Virus record (IMG/VR): IMGVR_UViG_3300003322_000515
Span: 1-61,028 of that record
Reading direction: 5' to 3' (one strand)
DNA: 61,028 nucleotides
Source: a virus
Shown in pieces: positions 32,472 to 43,000 of the stretch (its first letter is position 1; every line of letters starts with the position of its first letter). The position numbers and the translations under genes are program-made. The notes under the pieces were generated by a model. That model did not search any database. It worked only from the letters and a program-made list of their open reading frames with translations, and was not told the origin of the DNA.

Positions 32472-33736
32472 TGGCTTTAAAAGACTGGTTTAGCCGCCGA
32501 AATGCGGAAAATGCGCCAGAAACGCGCGCAAACATCGAAAATCCAACGATCCCAGCAAGCGCCGACAATTTTCTGGCGTTCTTCGGGGTGCAGAGTGCGA
32601 ACCTGCCTCACGTGACGATCGACAACGCGCTGAATGTCCCGGCCGTCATGGCGGCCGTGGCGTTTCTGTCTAGAACCCTGGCTGCGGTGCCTCGGCACGC
32701 CTACCGGACTCGAAAAGGCAGCGGCGAGCGTATCGGCGGCAGGCTCGAGACGGTTGTGAACACGGCGCCGAACGACACGATTGGCGCTTTCAAGTTCTGG
32801 CAGTGGTTTTGGCAGCAGGTTTTTACCGGCGGTCGCGGCCTTGCCTATATCGAGCGCACGCCACAGGGGATTGATTCTCTTTGGCCGATGGATCCGACGA
32901 AGACCACGATCAAGCGCGTGGGGATACGGGTCGTTTATCAGTTCGAGAGCAAGGAATACGACGCGGCAGACGTCATCGACGTGCCGTTCATGCTGAAGCC
33001 TTGCGGGCTGCGGCACTACGGCCCGATCTACAAGGCGTCGAAAGCCATTCAGCTTGCGATTGCCATGAACGACTACGGCTCGAACTTCTTTGCTGGTGGC
33101 GGCGTGCCGCCTTTGGCGCTTGAAGGTCCGTTGCCTGCCGGCGCCGAAGCGATGAAGCGGGCGCAGGCTGATATCAAGCGGTCTGTCGACGCGGCGAAGA
33201 ATGCAGATGAGCCGATCTTTCCGATTCCCGCCGGCTACAAGCTTGCGCCGGTCGGCATTGATCCGGCCAAGGGGCAGATGGTTGAGGCACGGAAGTTTCA
33301 GGTCGAAGAAATAGCTCGCGCCTTTCAATTGCCGCCGGTGTTCTTGCAGGATCTGTCCCGCGCGACGTTCAGCAATGCAGAGCAACAGGATCTCCATCTG
33401 GTCAAGCACCTGATCGGTCAGTGGGCTAAGGCGCTTGAGGATGAGCTCAACCTTAAATTCTTCGGCCGCAACGGCGGCCGGTATATTGAGCACAACCTCG
33501 ATGGCCTGCTACGCGGCGACTTCAAGAGCCGCATGGATGGTTACGGCCTTGCGATCCAGAATGGCATTCGGACTCCTGACGAGGTGCGAGCGCTCGAGAA
33601 CCTGCCGGCAAAAAGTGGCCCGGCTGACAAACTCTACATCCAAGGGGCCACCGTGCCGCTTGGGTCGCAGCCAAAAGCAGGCGCAGACCAGCCAGCCAAT
33701 GACAATAATCCCGATGATGAGGCGCAGGCCGCATGA
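32471..33736 (+). CDS. Portal protein (HK97 family)
   Basis: 421 aa, in the position after terL, with a typical portal pattern. C-terminus QPANDNNPDDEAQAA. Confidence 0.9.
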   Translation: MALKDWFSRRNAENAPETRANIENPTIPASADNFLAFFGVQSANLPHVTIDNALNVPAVMAAVAFLSRTLAAVPRHAYRTRKGSGERIGGRLETVVNTAPNDTIGAFKFWQWFWQQVFTGGRGLAYIERTPQGIDSLWPMDPTKTTIKRVGIRVVYQFESKEYDAADVIDVPFMLKPCGLRHYGPIYKASKAIQLAIAMNDYGSNFFAGGGVPPLALEGPLPAGAEAMKRAQADIKRSVDAAKNADEPIFPIPAGYKLAPVGIDPAKGQMVEARKFQVEEIARAFQLPPVFLQDLSRATFSNAEQQDLHLVKHLIGQWAKALEDELNLKFFGRNGGRYIEHNLDGLLRGDFKSRMDGYGLAIQNGIRTPDEVRALENLPAKSGPADKLYIQGATVPLGSQPKAGADQPANDNNPDDEAQAA

Positions 33737-34365
33737 CGACAGAAATTGAAAAGCGCAGCCTCATCGCTGACGTCGAGCATCGCGCGGCGGACGACAAGCG
33801 CACACTGGTGGGTTACGCCGCTGTTTTTGAGCGGCTGGCCGACATTGGGGGCTACTTCCAAGAGAAGATTGCGCCAGGAGCATTCACCGACGCAATCAAT
33901 GGTGACATCCGCGCCCTTGTTGACCATGACATGGGGCGCGTTATCGGCCGCACAAAAAGCGGCACCCTGCGTCTACAGGAAGATGGCAAGGGCCTGCGCG
34001 TCGAAATCGATGTGCCAGACACCACCGACGGCAATGACCTATGGGTTCTTGTCGAGCGTGGGGACATCAGCGGCATGAGTTTCGGCTTCCGCGTCACCAA
34101 GGAAACTTGGGATGAAACCGGTGATGTGCCGGTGAGAACGATCGAGAAACTCAATCTGCTAGAGGTCTCTGCTGTAGCGTGGCCGGCATACGATGACACC
34201 ACCATTGGCCTGAGATCGCTTGAGGCCGCAAGGGCAGAAGGCGGCGAGCGCGAAGACGCCGAACGACGCAGGGCAGAGAATGCTGCTGCGGCCCGGCGGC
34301 GCATTGCCGAGCGTGAGGCGCGACAAGAGCAACAGATTCGTGGCATCCGGCAGGACGCTGCGTAA
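33733..34365 (+). CDS. Prohead protease (HK97 family) with a charged C-terminal extension
   Basis: GYAAVF...LVDHDMGRVIGRT...GDISGMSFGF motifs. Ends DAA. Confidence 0.9.
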   Translation: MTTEIEKRSLIADVEHRAADDKRTLVGYAAVFERLADIGGYFQEKIAPGAFTDAINGDIRALVDHDMGRVIGRTKSGTLRLQEDGKGLRVEIDVPDTTDGNDLWVLVERGDISGMSFGFRVTKETWDETGDVPVRTIEKLNLLEVSAVAWPAYDDTTIGLRSLEAARAEGGEREDAERRRAENAAAARRRIAEREARQEQQIRGIRQDAA

Positions 34366-34459
34366 CCGGCCGCAAGGCTGAAGTCACCCGGCCAAAAGCC
34401 GGAGGGCCGGACACGAAGTCCTGCCATTCATCACAACCACACCACATTTGGAGACTTGC

Positions 34460-35734
34460 ATGACTCTCACTGAGTTGCAGGAAAAGCGCGGCCGTCTCGT
34501 CACGGAAGCACGCGCTGCCCTGGAAGAAATCAAAAAGAACACCGACGATGCCCGTGCGGCTGAGCTTGAGGCTCGCCACGATACTATCATGGCTGAGTTC
34601 GACCGTGTTGAACGCAACATCAAGCGCGAAGAAGATCAGGCCGCCATCGAAGCCCGATTTGCTGCCCGCCAGGAAGAGGAGCGCGCCAAGAAGCGCCCCG
34701 TTTCTGGCTCCGAAGAGCGCGCGTCCGGCTCCGAGGCTGGCGAACAGGTTGAATATCGTGAGGTATTCTTCAAGTTCCTCGCCAATGGTGCATCGCTTGA
34801 TGCCCTCGATTCCGAAGAGCGTAAGGTTCTGCGCGCTGGTGCAGAAAACATCGAAAAGCGTATTCAGACCGGCGGCACCAACACCGCAGGTGGCTATACG
34901 GTTCCGGTCGAGCTGCAGAACATGCTCGTTCGCTCCATGAAGGCATGGGGTCCGATGTACGATGGCAACATCGTCAGCGAACTCAACACCACTTCGGGCA
35001 ACGCGCTCCCGATTCCGACGACTGATGACACAGGCAAGACTGGCGTTCAAGGCACGGAAGGCACGGCGCTCACCGATGACGGCTCTGCCGATGCAGTATT
35101 CGGTCAGAAGCAGCTTGAAGCATACGACTTCAACACGAAGTTTGTGAAGTTCTCCTGGCAGCTCGCGCAGGACTCCATCTTCAACATGGAAGCACTGCTC
35201 GCTGACCTGCTCGGCGAACGCCTCGGTCGCCTCGCCAATAGCCAGCTGACGACCGGCACGGGTACTAGCGCCCCGAACGGTATCGTAACAGCCGCCAGCG
35301 CCGGCAAGACCGCCGCTTCGGCAACTGCGATCGCCTCCGATGAAATCATCGACCTGACGCATTCTGTTGACCCGGCATACCGTACTTCGCCGAAGGTTCG
35401 CTTCATGTTCAACGACCTGACGCTGGCGGCAATCCGCAAGCTGAAGGACGGCCAGGGCAACTATCTCTGGCAGATGGGCAATGTCAAGGAAGGTGCGCCA
35501 GGCACGCTGCTTGGCTACAACTATAGCATCAACCAGGCGATGGCCAACATTGCCACCGGCAACAAGACCATCATCTTCGGTGACCTTGGCAAGTACTGGG
35601 TTCGCAAGGTTGGTTCTCCGGTTATCGGCGTTCTGCGCGAGCGCTTCTGGCCCGATCTCGGCATCGCTGGCCTGATCCGCTTCGACGGTGAGCTGCTTGA
35701 TACCGCGGCCGTCAAGTACCTGATTCAGGCTTAA
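34460..35734 (+). CDS. Major capsid protein (HK97 family)
   Basis: N-terminal coiled-coil delta domain plus HK97-like core. ATG 34460 follows the conserved leader; the track start is TTG 34448. Confidence 0.9.
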   Translation: MTLTELQEKRGRLVTEARAALEEIKKNTDDARAAELEARHDTIMAEFDRVERNIKREEDQAAIEARFAARQEEERAKKRPVSGSEERASGSEAGEQVEYREVFFKFLANGASLDALDSEERKVLRAGAENIEKRIQTGGTNTAGGYTVPVELQNMLVRSMKAWGPMYDGNIVSELNTTSGNALPIPTTDDTGKTGVQGTEGTALTDDGSADAVFGQKQLEAYDFNTKFVKFSWQLAQDSIFNMEALLADLLGERLGRLANSQLTTGTGTSAPNGIVTAASAGKTAASATAIASDEIIDLTHSVDPAYRTSPKVRFMFNDLTLAAIRKLKDGQGNYLWQMGNVKEGAPGTLLGYNYSINQAMANIATGNKTIIFGDLGKYWVRKVGSPVIGVLRERFWPDLGIAGLIRFDGELLDTAAVKYLIQA

Positions 35735-35785
35735 TTGATTGGCGGGCCGGCTTAGGCTGGTCCGCCTTTCTTTTCAGGAGGCGAC

Positions 35786-35995
35786 ATGCTTTTGAAAATG
35801 ACCGCCGGTCTTTCCGGCCCTGAATTCAACTTGGCGCCTGGCGACGAGTACGAATTCAACGACGATGAGGCGGCGCGCTTGATCGATGCAGGCTTCGCCG
35901 AGAGGGTGGCCGTGGACGAGACACCGGTAGCACCGGTTCGCAAGAAGGACAAGGCGAATGTGGTACCCACCTCTGGTGACGCAGCCGCCGAGTGA
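35786..35995 (+). CDS. Small acidic hypothetical protein (69 aa)
   Basis: AGGAGG RBS; follows the capsid gene. Confidence 0.55.
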   Translation: MLLKMTAGLSGPEFNLAPGDEYEFNDDEAARLIDAGFAERVAVDETPVAPVRKKDKANVVPTSGDAAAE

Positions 35996-36497
35996 GCCTG
36001 TCTCAGTTGAAGAAGCGAAGCGCCAATGCAATGTGTTTCACAGTGATGATGACGCCCTTTTTGGTGCACTTATCGCTGCCGCTCGCGATTATGTAGAGCG
36101 ATACTGCAATACGCCTCTGGCAACGCAGACCATCGAAGTTAAATGCGATGGCTTCTGCGATTTCGATTGGTTGCCCGTGGCGCCGTCACAGTCTGTGACG
36201 TCTATAGCATATGTGGCGACCGATGGCACGGATGCCACTGTGTCGCTTACTGACGTAGAGCAGCGCTTCGACGGCCTCAATGCATCTATTGTGCCGGCAT
36301 ACGGCAAGCAGTGGCCGGCAATACAACATGGTTCGCGGATCACATTGACTGCTGTCGTTGGTTACGATTCGCTGCCGCCATCCATCAAGCACGCGATGCT
36401 GTTGTGGATCGCTGATGCCTACGAGCAACGCGAAAACAAGGATATGCCGGGCTGGACTGCGTTCGACGCGCTGCTTTGCAACCATAGACGCGGCTAG
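35958..36497 (+). CDS. Head-tail connector (gp6-like)
   Basis: EEAKRQCNV..DDDALFGALIAAARDYVERYCNTPL pattern. The exact start is uncertain. Confidence 0.75.
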   Translation: MWYPPLVTQPPSEPVSVEEAKRQCNVFHSDDDALFGALIAAARDYVERYCNTPLATQTIEVKCDGFCDFDWLPVAPSQSVTSIAYVATDGTDATVSLTDVEQRFDGLNASIVPAYGKQWPAIQHGSRITLTAVVGYDSLPPSIKHAMLLWIADAYEQRENKDMPGWTAFDALLCNHRRG

Positions 36498-36514
36498 GCC
36501 GCAGGAGAATTTCC

Positions 36515-36919
36515 ATGGCAGATCTCACAATCACACCAGCCAACGTCGTCGCCGGCTCCAATGCCACGCGCGATATCGGTACTGCAGGCGAAACCATCGT
36601 CGCAGGCAAGGCCGTGTTCCTGAACGCAGCCACCAACAAGTGGATGCTCTCTGACAACAACGGCACAGGCACACGGCAGGTGAAGGGCATTGCGCTAAAC
36701 GGCGCCAGCCTCAACCAGCCGCTTTCTGTTCTGAAGGATGGCGACGTCACGATCGGCGCTACGCTCGTTGCTGGCCAGGATTATTGGCTTAGCGCTACTG
36801 CCGGCGGCATTTGTCCGCGCGCTGATCTGGCAACAGGCATGGACACGATCCTGATTGGTATCGCCAAGAGCACGACTGTTCTTGCTGTCGATATTCAGGA
36901 TTCAGGCGTCACGCTCTGA
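36515..36919 (+). CDS. DUF2190-like head decoration/cement protein candidate
   Basis: 134 aa, Gly/Ala-rich beta pattern (GKAVFL...GIALNGA...VLKDGDV). Confidence 0.55.
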   Translation: MADLTITPANVVAGSNATRDIGTAGETIVAGKAVFLNAATNKWMLSDNNGTGTRQVKGIALNGASLNQPLSVLKDGDVTIGATLVAGQDYWLSATAGGICPRADLATGMDTILIGIAKSTTVLAVDIQDSGVTL

Positions 36920-37152
36920 TGGCCGAAAGCGAGATGATTATTGGCGAGCTTTCCAGTTATTGCGCTGGCGGGCTTCGTCTACGGGACGGCGATATTCTGG
37001 TTGTCAAATCTGATCGCAGAAACACTTCCATTGAGGTGTTGGGCAGGATGCGCAAGTATTACGAGGGTGAACTTGTTCGCTTAGGCGTTGCCGACCCGAA
37101 AGTACTCACAATACCAAGCGAAGTTTCCATAGCCACTATCGAGCGTTCCTGA
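36919..37152 (+). CDS. Hypothetical protein (77 aa)
   Basis: ORF track; ATGA overlap. Confidence 0.55.
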   Translation: MAESEMIIGELSSYCAGGLRLRDGDILVVKSDRRNTSIEVLGRMRKYYEGELVRLGVADPKVLTIPSEVSIATIERS

Positions 37153-37346
37153 TGTGGCTTCGGTTCACAGAACGCTTCTGCTGGACCGCTACACCTGCCG
37201 TGAACATCGTTTTTAAGCCAGACGGCGGCCCGCTAAAAGATGGCCGCTATCTAGTGACGCGACGTTGCGCCGAAGCGGCTGGCAGCAAGGCTGTGCCGTG
37301 TGAACGACCGTCTGGATTGGCGCGCAAGCCTATTGGGAGGCGGTAA
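37152..37346 (+). CDS. Hypothetical protein (64 aa)
   Basis: ORF track; coupled. Confidence 0.5.
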   Translation: MWLRFTERFCWTATPAVNIVFKPDGGPLKDGRYLVTRRCAEAAGSKAVPCERPSGLARKPIGRR

Positions 37347-37702
37347 TGGCGACGAAAGCTGGCGCTGGTCTGATGCGCGACAAGCTGCATTTTCAGCGAC
37401 GAGAAATCGTGGATGATGGCTATGGCAATGAGGTCTCTGGAGATTTCGCCACAGTTTTCACAGCACCGGCCGAACTCATCCCCCTGAAAGGCAGTGAGCC
37501 AGTTATTGCTGCCCGCCTAACGGGGGTGCAGCCATATATCCTCCGCATCCGGTCCAGCATTGCCTCGCGGGCAATGGATACCTCTTGGCGCGCTATTGAT
37601 GCTCGCAATCCAGCACGGATTTTCAACATCACCGCCATTGTCGATCCGAGCAACAAGAATGCTTGGCTTGAGATCATGGCGACGCAAGGGGTTGCGACCT
37701 AA
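37346..37702 (+). CDS. Head-tail adaptor / head closure protein
   Basis: LMRDKLHFQRRE..DDGYGNEV...W pattern and position. Confidence 0.75.
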   Translation: MATKAGAGLMRDKLHFQRREIVDDGYGNEVSGDFATVFTAPAELIPLKGSEPVIAARLTGVQPYILRIRSSIASRAMDTSWRAIDARNPARIFNITAIVDPSNKNAWLEIMATQGVAT

Positions 37703-38193
37703 TGGCGTTGAAGGCGACTGTTCTTGGGCGCTCGGCGCTCATGGCGAAGCTGGATAAGGTTGCGCCAGGAGCCACAAAATATGCAAACGACGCAAAACTG
37801 CAGATCGCTGAAGAGGCGGCTGAGAAGATGCGTGATGCAGCACCGCGAGGTGCGACGCTGGAATATGCGGAAAGCATCAGCGGCGACCTTCTGAAAAACC
37901 ATCCGAATGCGAAGCAGGTCGGCATAACCCAAACAAAAGACCCAGATGCTGCCGGCATATTCGCTGATTGGATTTGGCATTTCTTGGAGTTTGGGACCGC
38001 ACCGCACAATGTTGCGGCCGGAGGCGGTACGGCGCTAGGAAAGGCGTCCTTGGCGGGCGGAGGCGGGATTCAACACCCCGGCACGAGAGCGCAGCCTCAT
38101 ATCTTTCCAGTCTGGCGCTCATTCAGGAAGACGGCAAAACAACGAATTCAGACGGCTCTCCGCAAGGGTATTCGTGAAGCCATGGGGAAATGA
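37702..38193 (+). CDS. HK97 gp10-family neck protein
   Basis: WIWHFLEFGTAPH motif and position. Confidence 0.75.
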   Translation: MALKATVLGRSALMAKLDKVAPGATKYANDAKLQIAEEAAEKMRDAAPRGATLEYAESISGDLLKNHPNAKQVGITQTKDPDAAGIFADWIWHFLEFGTAPHNVAAGGGTALGKASLAGGGGIQHPGTRAQPHIFPVWRSFRKTAKQRIQTALRKGIREAMGK

Positions 38194-38196
38194 TGC

Positions 38197-38607
38197 ATGG
38201 CCAGTGTCGATCTAGAATTGCAGGGCGCGATGCTCGCGCGCATGAAGGCTAACTCTACCCTAACGACACTCATTGCAGGCAGGATTTACGACCAGCCGCC
38301 ATCGCCAGTGACGTATCCATACGTGACGATCGGCGAGGCGCAGAAGATTAGAGATGATGCCACCTGCATAAGTGGTGGGATCGTCTATCTGACGATGCAT
38401 GCATGGTCGCAAAAGCCAGGATTCCCAGAGGTAAAGCAGGTAGCCGACGCCGTTGAAGAAAGTCTTCATTTGGCGCCGCTAGCATTGCCAACCAACAGAC
38501 TGATTTCCATAAATCACCATCAGACGCGTGTTTTTCGCGATCAGGATGGGCTCACATCGCACGCAGTCATCGAATTCGTTGCCTACGTCGAAAAGCCGAT
38601 TGCATAG
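38197..38607 (+). CDS. DUF3168-like tail completion protein
   Basis: Size, position, and RIYDQPP...YVTIGE pattern. Confidence 0.65.
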   Translation: MASVDLELQGAMLARMKANSTLTTLIAGRIYDQPPSPVTYPYVTIGEAQKIRDDATCISGGIVYLTMHAWSQKPGFPEVKQVADAVEESLHLAPLALPTNRLISINHHQTRVFRDQDGLTSHAVIEFVAYVEKPIA

Positions 38608-38658
38608 CGCGAGCGGCACATAAAGCGCTACCGCGCTAACCACGCCACCACACTACAA

Positions 38659-38680
38659 CCGGCCATGTGCCGGCTTTTTC
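38659..38680 (+). terminator. Intra-operon hairpin/terminator before the major tail gene
   Basis: CCGGC-CATGT-GCCGG followed by CTTTTT. Confidence 0.5.
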
Positions 38681-38698
38681 ATACGAAGGAACCACCAC

Positions 38699-39136
38699 AT
38701 GGTAACCACACCGGGCCAACAGCTTGGCCGCCTGCTTCTTATCCAGATTGGCGACGGCGCAGATCCCGAGGTTTTCTCTAACCTATGCGGTCTGAAGACT
38801 CGAAGCTTCAATCTCAGCACAGCATCCGTCGATACGACCATCCCATCGTGCACGAATCCGGGCGATGTCGTCCAGAAGACGAGCCGTCCCGGTCAGGCTT
38901 CGCGCACATTCACCGGTTCTGGTGCTTTTGTGGCCGGCGCGAATATGTCCGCATTCATGACGCACGTCATCAATGCCACCGTCTTCAATGCGCGCGTGAT
39001 TGTTCCTGGTCTCGGAACGTTTGAAGGCCCTTACTTCGTATCTGACTCCACCCTGAGCGGTGATGTCGACCCAAACATGGAATTCAGCGCCACCTTTGAG
39101 GCTGCTGACATCCTGACGTTCACACCTGAAGCCTAA
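38699..39136 (+). CDS. Major tail protein
   Basis: 145 aa; GTA/TP901-1-like pattern (LLIQIGDGADPEVF...); position. Confidence 0.75.
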   Translation: MVTTPGQQLGRLLLIQIGDGADPEVFSNLCGLKTRSFNLSTASVDTTIPSCTNPGDVVQKTSRPGQASRTFTGSGAFVAGANMSAFMTHVINATVFNARVIVPGLGTFEGPYFVSDSTLSGDVDPNMEFSATFEAADILTFTPEA

Positions 39137-39519
39137 TGCCGAAAAAAGAGGAGAAAACAGTGGCTGCAACTACAAAGGCACCTGCGTTTAAGCATGCAAT
39201 CAATGAGGCGCGCGGAGAAGTGCGCCTCGTCATCGATGATGTCGAGCTAGTCATTGCAGCGACGATAGGCGGACTGTCAGCGGTTTCTAGCAGGCTGCAG
39301 TGCAAGTCTCTCGACGATCTTATCCAGCGCCTTTCCGGAGCCGAGGTCTCTGCTACTGAGGCTGCAATTGCGCTGCTCACCGTAAAAGGTGACGTGGTTG
39401 GCGCCTTGGAAAAGTTGAATTTGAGGCACTTCCGTGCTTGCGCCGCCGCCTTTACTGCGGCGCTTTCGCACCACATCGGCGGTGACGAGGGAAACGAGCC
39501 AGCCGCTCAGGCGGCATAG
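39136..39519 (+). CDS. Tail assembly chaperone (GTA g10-like)
   Basis: Position between the major tail and tape measure genes. Ends AQAA. Confidence 0.65.
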   Translation: MPKKEEKTVAATTKAPAFKHAINEARGEVRLVIDDVELVIAATIGGLSAVSSRLQCKSLDDLIQRLSGAEVSATEAAIALLTVKGDVVGALEKLNLRHFRACAAAFTAALSHHIGGDEGNEPAAQAA

Positions 39520-39551
39520 CCAAAGAAGAGCCGTTCCCATGGCGCGGGTGG

Positions 39552-39737
39552 ATGAAAACAGGCATCGGCGGCCTCGGCTGGAGGCCGGCTGACTTTTGGG
39601 ATTCCACCCTTACAGAGTTCTTCCTGGCGATAAAAGGCAATAACGAAGTAAACGGTGCAGATGACGAAGTGTCTGCCGGTCCCACAAAGGATGAACTGGC
39701 AACGCTAGTTGCAAGATATGGCAATAAAGCCCGATAG
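39552..39737 (+). CDS. Tail assembly chaperone-like small protein (GTA rcc01693-like)
   Basis: GLGWRPADFWDSTLTEF motif. Confidence 0.6.
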   Translation: MKTGIGGLGWRPADFWDSTLTEFFLAIKGNNEVNGADDEVSAGPTKDELATLVARYGNKAR

Positions 39738-39752
39738 ACGTGGGCTTTATTG
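39722..39752. terminator. Bidirectional hairpin terminator
   Basis: CAATAAAGCCC-N9-GGGCTTTATTG spans both convergent gene ends. Confidence 0.6.
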
Positions 39753-40070
39753 CTGACAGTCTGACAAGTTCTGATCCATCAGCAGGTTGTTGTATTGCGA
39801 GTTGAATCCGAATGGCTGAAAGCCAGTATAGGCACCTAACGAATTCTTGAGATTTATCATTCCACAGACCAATTCGGGGCGTCCTTTGGCGATTTTCAGA
39901 TCTACGATTTGCGCTGAGAATGGGTCCCTTGTCTCCGATATCAGTGCGGCGAAGATGGCTTTTGTCAGTTTCGCATCAAGCGCTTTCGCGGAGTCATCCA
40001 TCACCTGCTGAGCAGTTGCCGCATTGGCGGCCAGTGACGCCAAAACCATAAAAAATACGGAAGTTTTCAT
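39747..40070 (-). CDS. Secreted small protein (107 aa); a reverse-strand moron inside the tail module
   Basis: Signal peptide MKTSVFFMVLASLAANAATAQQ; own RBS (AAGGGGA); AT-richer than its flanks. Confidence 0.7.
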   Translation of the reverse strand: MKTSVFFMVLASLAANAATAQQVMDDSAKALDAKLTKAIFAALISETRDPFSAQIVDLKIAKGRPELVCGMINLKNSLGAYTGFQPFGFNSQYNNLLMDQNLSDCQQ

Positions 40071-40097
40071 CGTTTCCCCTTGCTAGGATGAGCATTA

Positions 40098-43000
40098 ATG
40101 GCTGATCAAGATGACCTGATTATTTCGATCAGCACCGACCTTACTACCGTAAAACGCGCGCTTACGAAACTGGTCGGTGACGTCGGAACGGCGTCTGACC
40201 AGATATCGAAGAAGTTCGACGCAGCTGGCAAGAACATTGACAGGTCGATGACGACTGCAATGCAGTCGCGCATTGATCAGATGGTAGGAATTGGCACAAA
40301 AGGTGCCAACGAATGGAACGGTGCGCTGGCCGCCCAAGGCAAGCAACTTGAGGCGTTGCGCGCCAAGTACAACCCGCTTTTCGCGACGATCAGCCAGTAC
40401 AAGTCCAACCTTGCGGACCTTAAGCGTGCCTATGCGATTGGAGCTATTAGCTCCGCCGAATTTACGGCTGCGCAATCTCGAGAGCGCCAGGCGACGCTTG
40501 CAAATATTGCTGCTATCAAAGGTCGTAATTCTGCTATCGAGGCAGTGCCGCGCGGCGGGGTGCGGACAAGGGGTGCTGGTAACAATGGTTTCCAGACTGC
40601 GAACATTGCGGCGCAGTTTCAGGATATCGCTGTAACATCTGCAATGGGTATGAACCCATTGCAGATCGCCTTGCAGCAGGGCACTCAGCTTTCCATGGCT
40701 CTGGGCGAGAACGGCGCAGCCGGGGCTGCGAAAGCGCTTGGCGCGGGCTTCCTTTCTCTTATCAGCCCCATATCGCTGGTGACTGTCGGTCTCGTCGCCG
40801 GCACCGCAGCCCTTATTGAGTACTTCAGTAAGTCGCACACTGAGCTGAAGACAATGGACGATGCGCTGAAGGCTCACACCGACAGCGTTAATATCCTGAA
40901 GGATAGCTACCACCAGCTAGCCGATGCCATCAAGGTGTCGGCGAATCTAGGGGGTAACAGCGGTTCTGCCGCATTCCTTCGTGCGAACGAAGTCGTTCAG
41001 CGTGCGGTAAACCGTCAGGAAACAAAGAAGTTTGCAGGAACTCTCCTGCCTGACTCTGGCATTGTAAACTCCATCCCATTTTTCGGGAATGGTGGCACAC
41101 CCATAAGCACGCTGAAAAATCTCAGTGGTTCACTAAAGCAATTTCAGCCTGCCGTTGATGCTCTTTTGCAGAGCGTCAGAAACGGCGCTCCCGACTTCGA
41201 CAAGTTCAATGCCAGCGTCGAGGCAACATTTCAAACGCTTGTCGGGTCGTCGGATAGCCCTGAAGCTCTTCGCGCTGCAGCAGATGCCGTTAAGTCTCTT
41301 GGCGAAAGTGCGCTATCAGTCAGCACCAAGATCAAGGTATTGGGCGACGATGGCAAGGAAACAAGTCAATCCCTAGCTCCGTTCCAATCGGCCATTGATA
41401 GGTTGAAAGTTGCCATCTCTGATGGCAATCCTGATATTGCTAAATTCAATGACGATATCGAGGCAATCGGCAAATCGCAAGGATTGCAGTCCGTAGCAGA
41501 CCAAGTGATTGTTCTCGGCCGCGAACTGTTGAATCTTAATATCCAGCTGAAGGAGCTAGACGCTCGCAAGGCGGCTCTTTTCAACAATGTCGGCCCTAAC
41601 GGTATGTTGCTCTCGCAGGGCAAGACCAATACCGATGACATGAGCGACTATGAGGCGTTCAAGACGCAGCAGCGCATTGCCGCGTCTAGATCAAATCAGG
41701 CTTTTTCGGCGCAGGTGGCTGGAATCAATGCCAGATCGCCATATGAGCGCGCCAACGCCGCTCGCCAGGCTGCCGCTGCACAATACAACAATGACGAGAC
41801 GCCGGACGCACGCAAACAGCGCATTCAGCAAGCCGGTAGGCTAGTAGAAATTCAAATTCAGCATGACCTTACTGAGGCACAGCGCGATCGCAATGTTGCT
41901 CTCAACAAGACTGTTGAAGATCAAAAGCTTGAAATATCGCTCATCGGTAAAACCGCTGGCGAGACTGCCGCGCTTCGTAAGGAATACGAGCTCACATCTC
42001 AGCTTCGCATTGATGCCGCCAAGAACGGCACTCAGGTTGATCAAAAAGAAATCGACCTCATCAAGCAAAAGTCGCAGGAGTTGGGGCAACTTACTGACGC
42101 CTACAATAAGGCGAATCTGAAAAAAGATTTGTCTTTTGAGCGCGATCAGTTGTTTCGCACTCCGCAGGAGCAGCAAGTAGCGTCTCGCCTTCAGGGCGCA
42201 GGACAGGCGGTTGATCTGAATTCGCCAGAGGCGAAACAGATCAGGCAAAATCTGCAGATTGCAGAGATGCAAGATACGGTCGGATCGTTCTTCACAAGCA
42301 TCCGAGATGGCGTCGTCAGCAATGGCGGGAATATCGGCAAGGCCCTTGGCGACGCCATCAAGAATAGCTTGTTGAACGCGCTGACAAAGGCCAGTGACGC
42401 GGCTATTCAGCGGCTCACGAATGCCGTTGTGAATGCCTTTTTGCCATCGGGTAACGCCGGTAGCGCGGCGACTAGTGGGCTTGCCAATGCCGGCGCTTCC
42501 GTTGTCGCCAAGGCGTTCGGCGGCACGTCCAGCGCCACCACAAACCCAGTCATGGCTGGCAATATGTCTGCCTACGCATCGGCGATTAAATCGATCGAGA
42601 GCGGCGGAAATTACGGCGCGCTTGGCCCACTGATGAAGTCGGGCGACAGAGCCTATGGTGCCTATCAGGTCATGGGTGCCAACATCCCATCTTGGACAAA
42701 GTCAGCAACGGGCACGGCCATGTCGCCGAGTGCGTTTCTGAATAATCCAGCCGCACAAGATGCGGTATTTAACAAATACTTCGGCGCTTCTGTTTCGAAG
42801 TTTGGCAACCCACAGGATGCGGCTAGCGTCTGGTTCTCGGGCCGACCTCTGGCGAAGGCTGGCCTTGCCAGCGACGGATTCAACACGACTCCTGAATACG
42901 TCAACAAGTTCAATAATGCGCTTGGCGACGCATCCAAGAACGTCGGAACCTTTGGCAACGGCCTAGGCCAACTCGGCCAAACATTGGGCGCCGCCGGTAG

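Noticed and set aside
39136-39737. Programmed -1 frameshift joining the two tail chaperone ORFs.
   Set aside because: - No slippery heptamer was seen near the end of 39136-39519.
- The second ORF has its own ATG after a 32-nt gap.
- GTA-like modules commonly encode these as separate genes.
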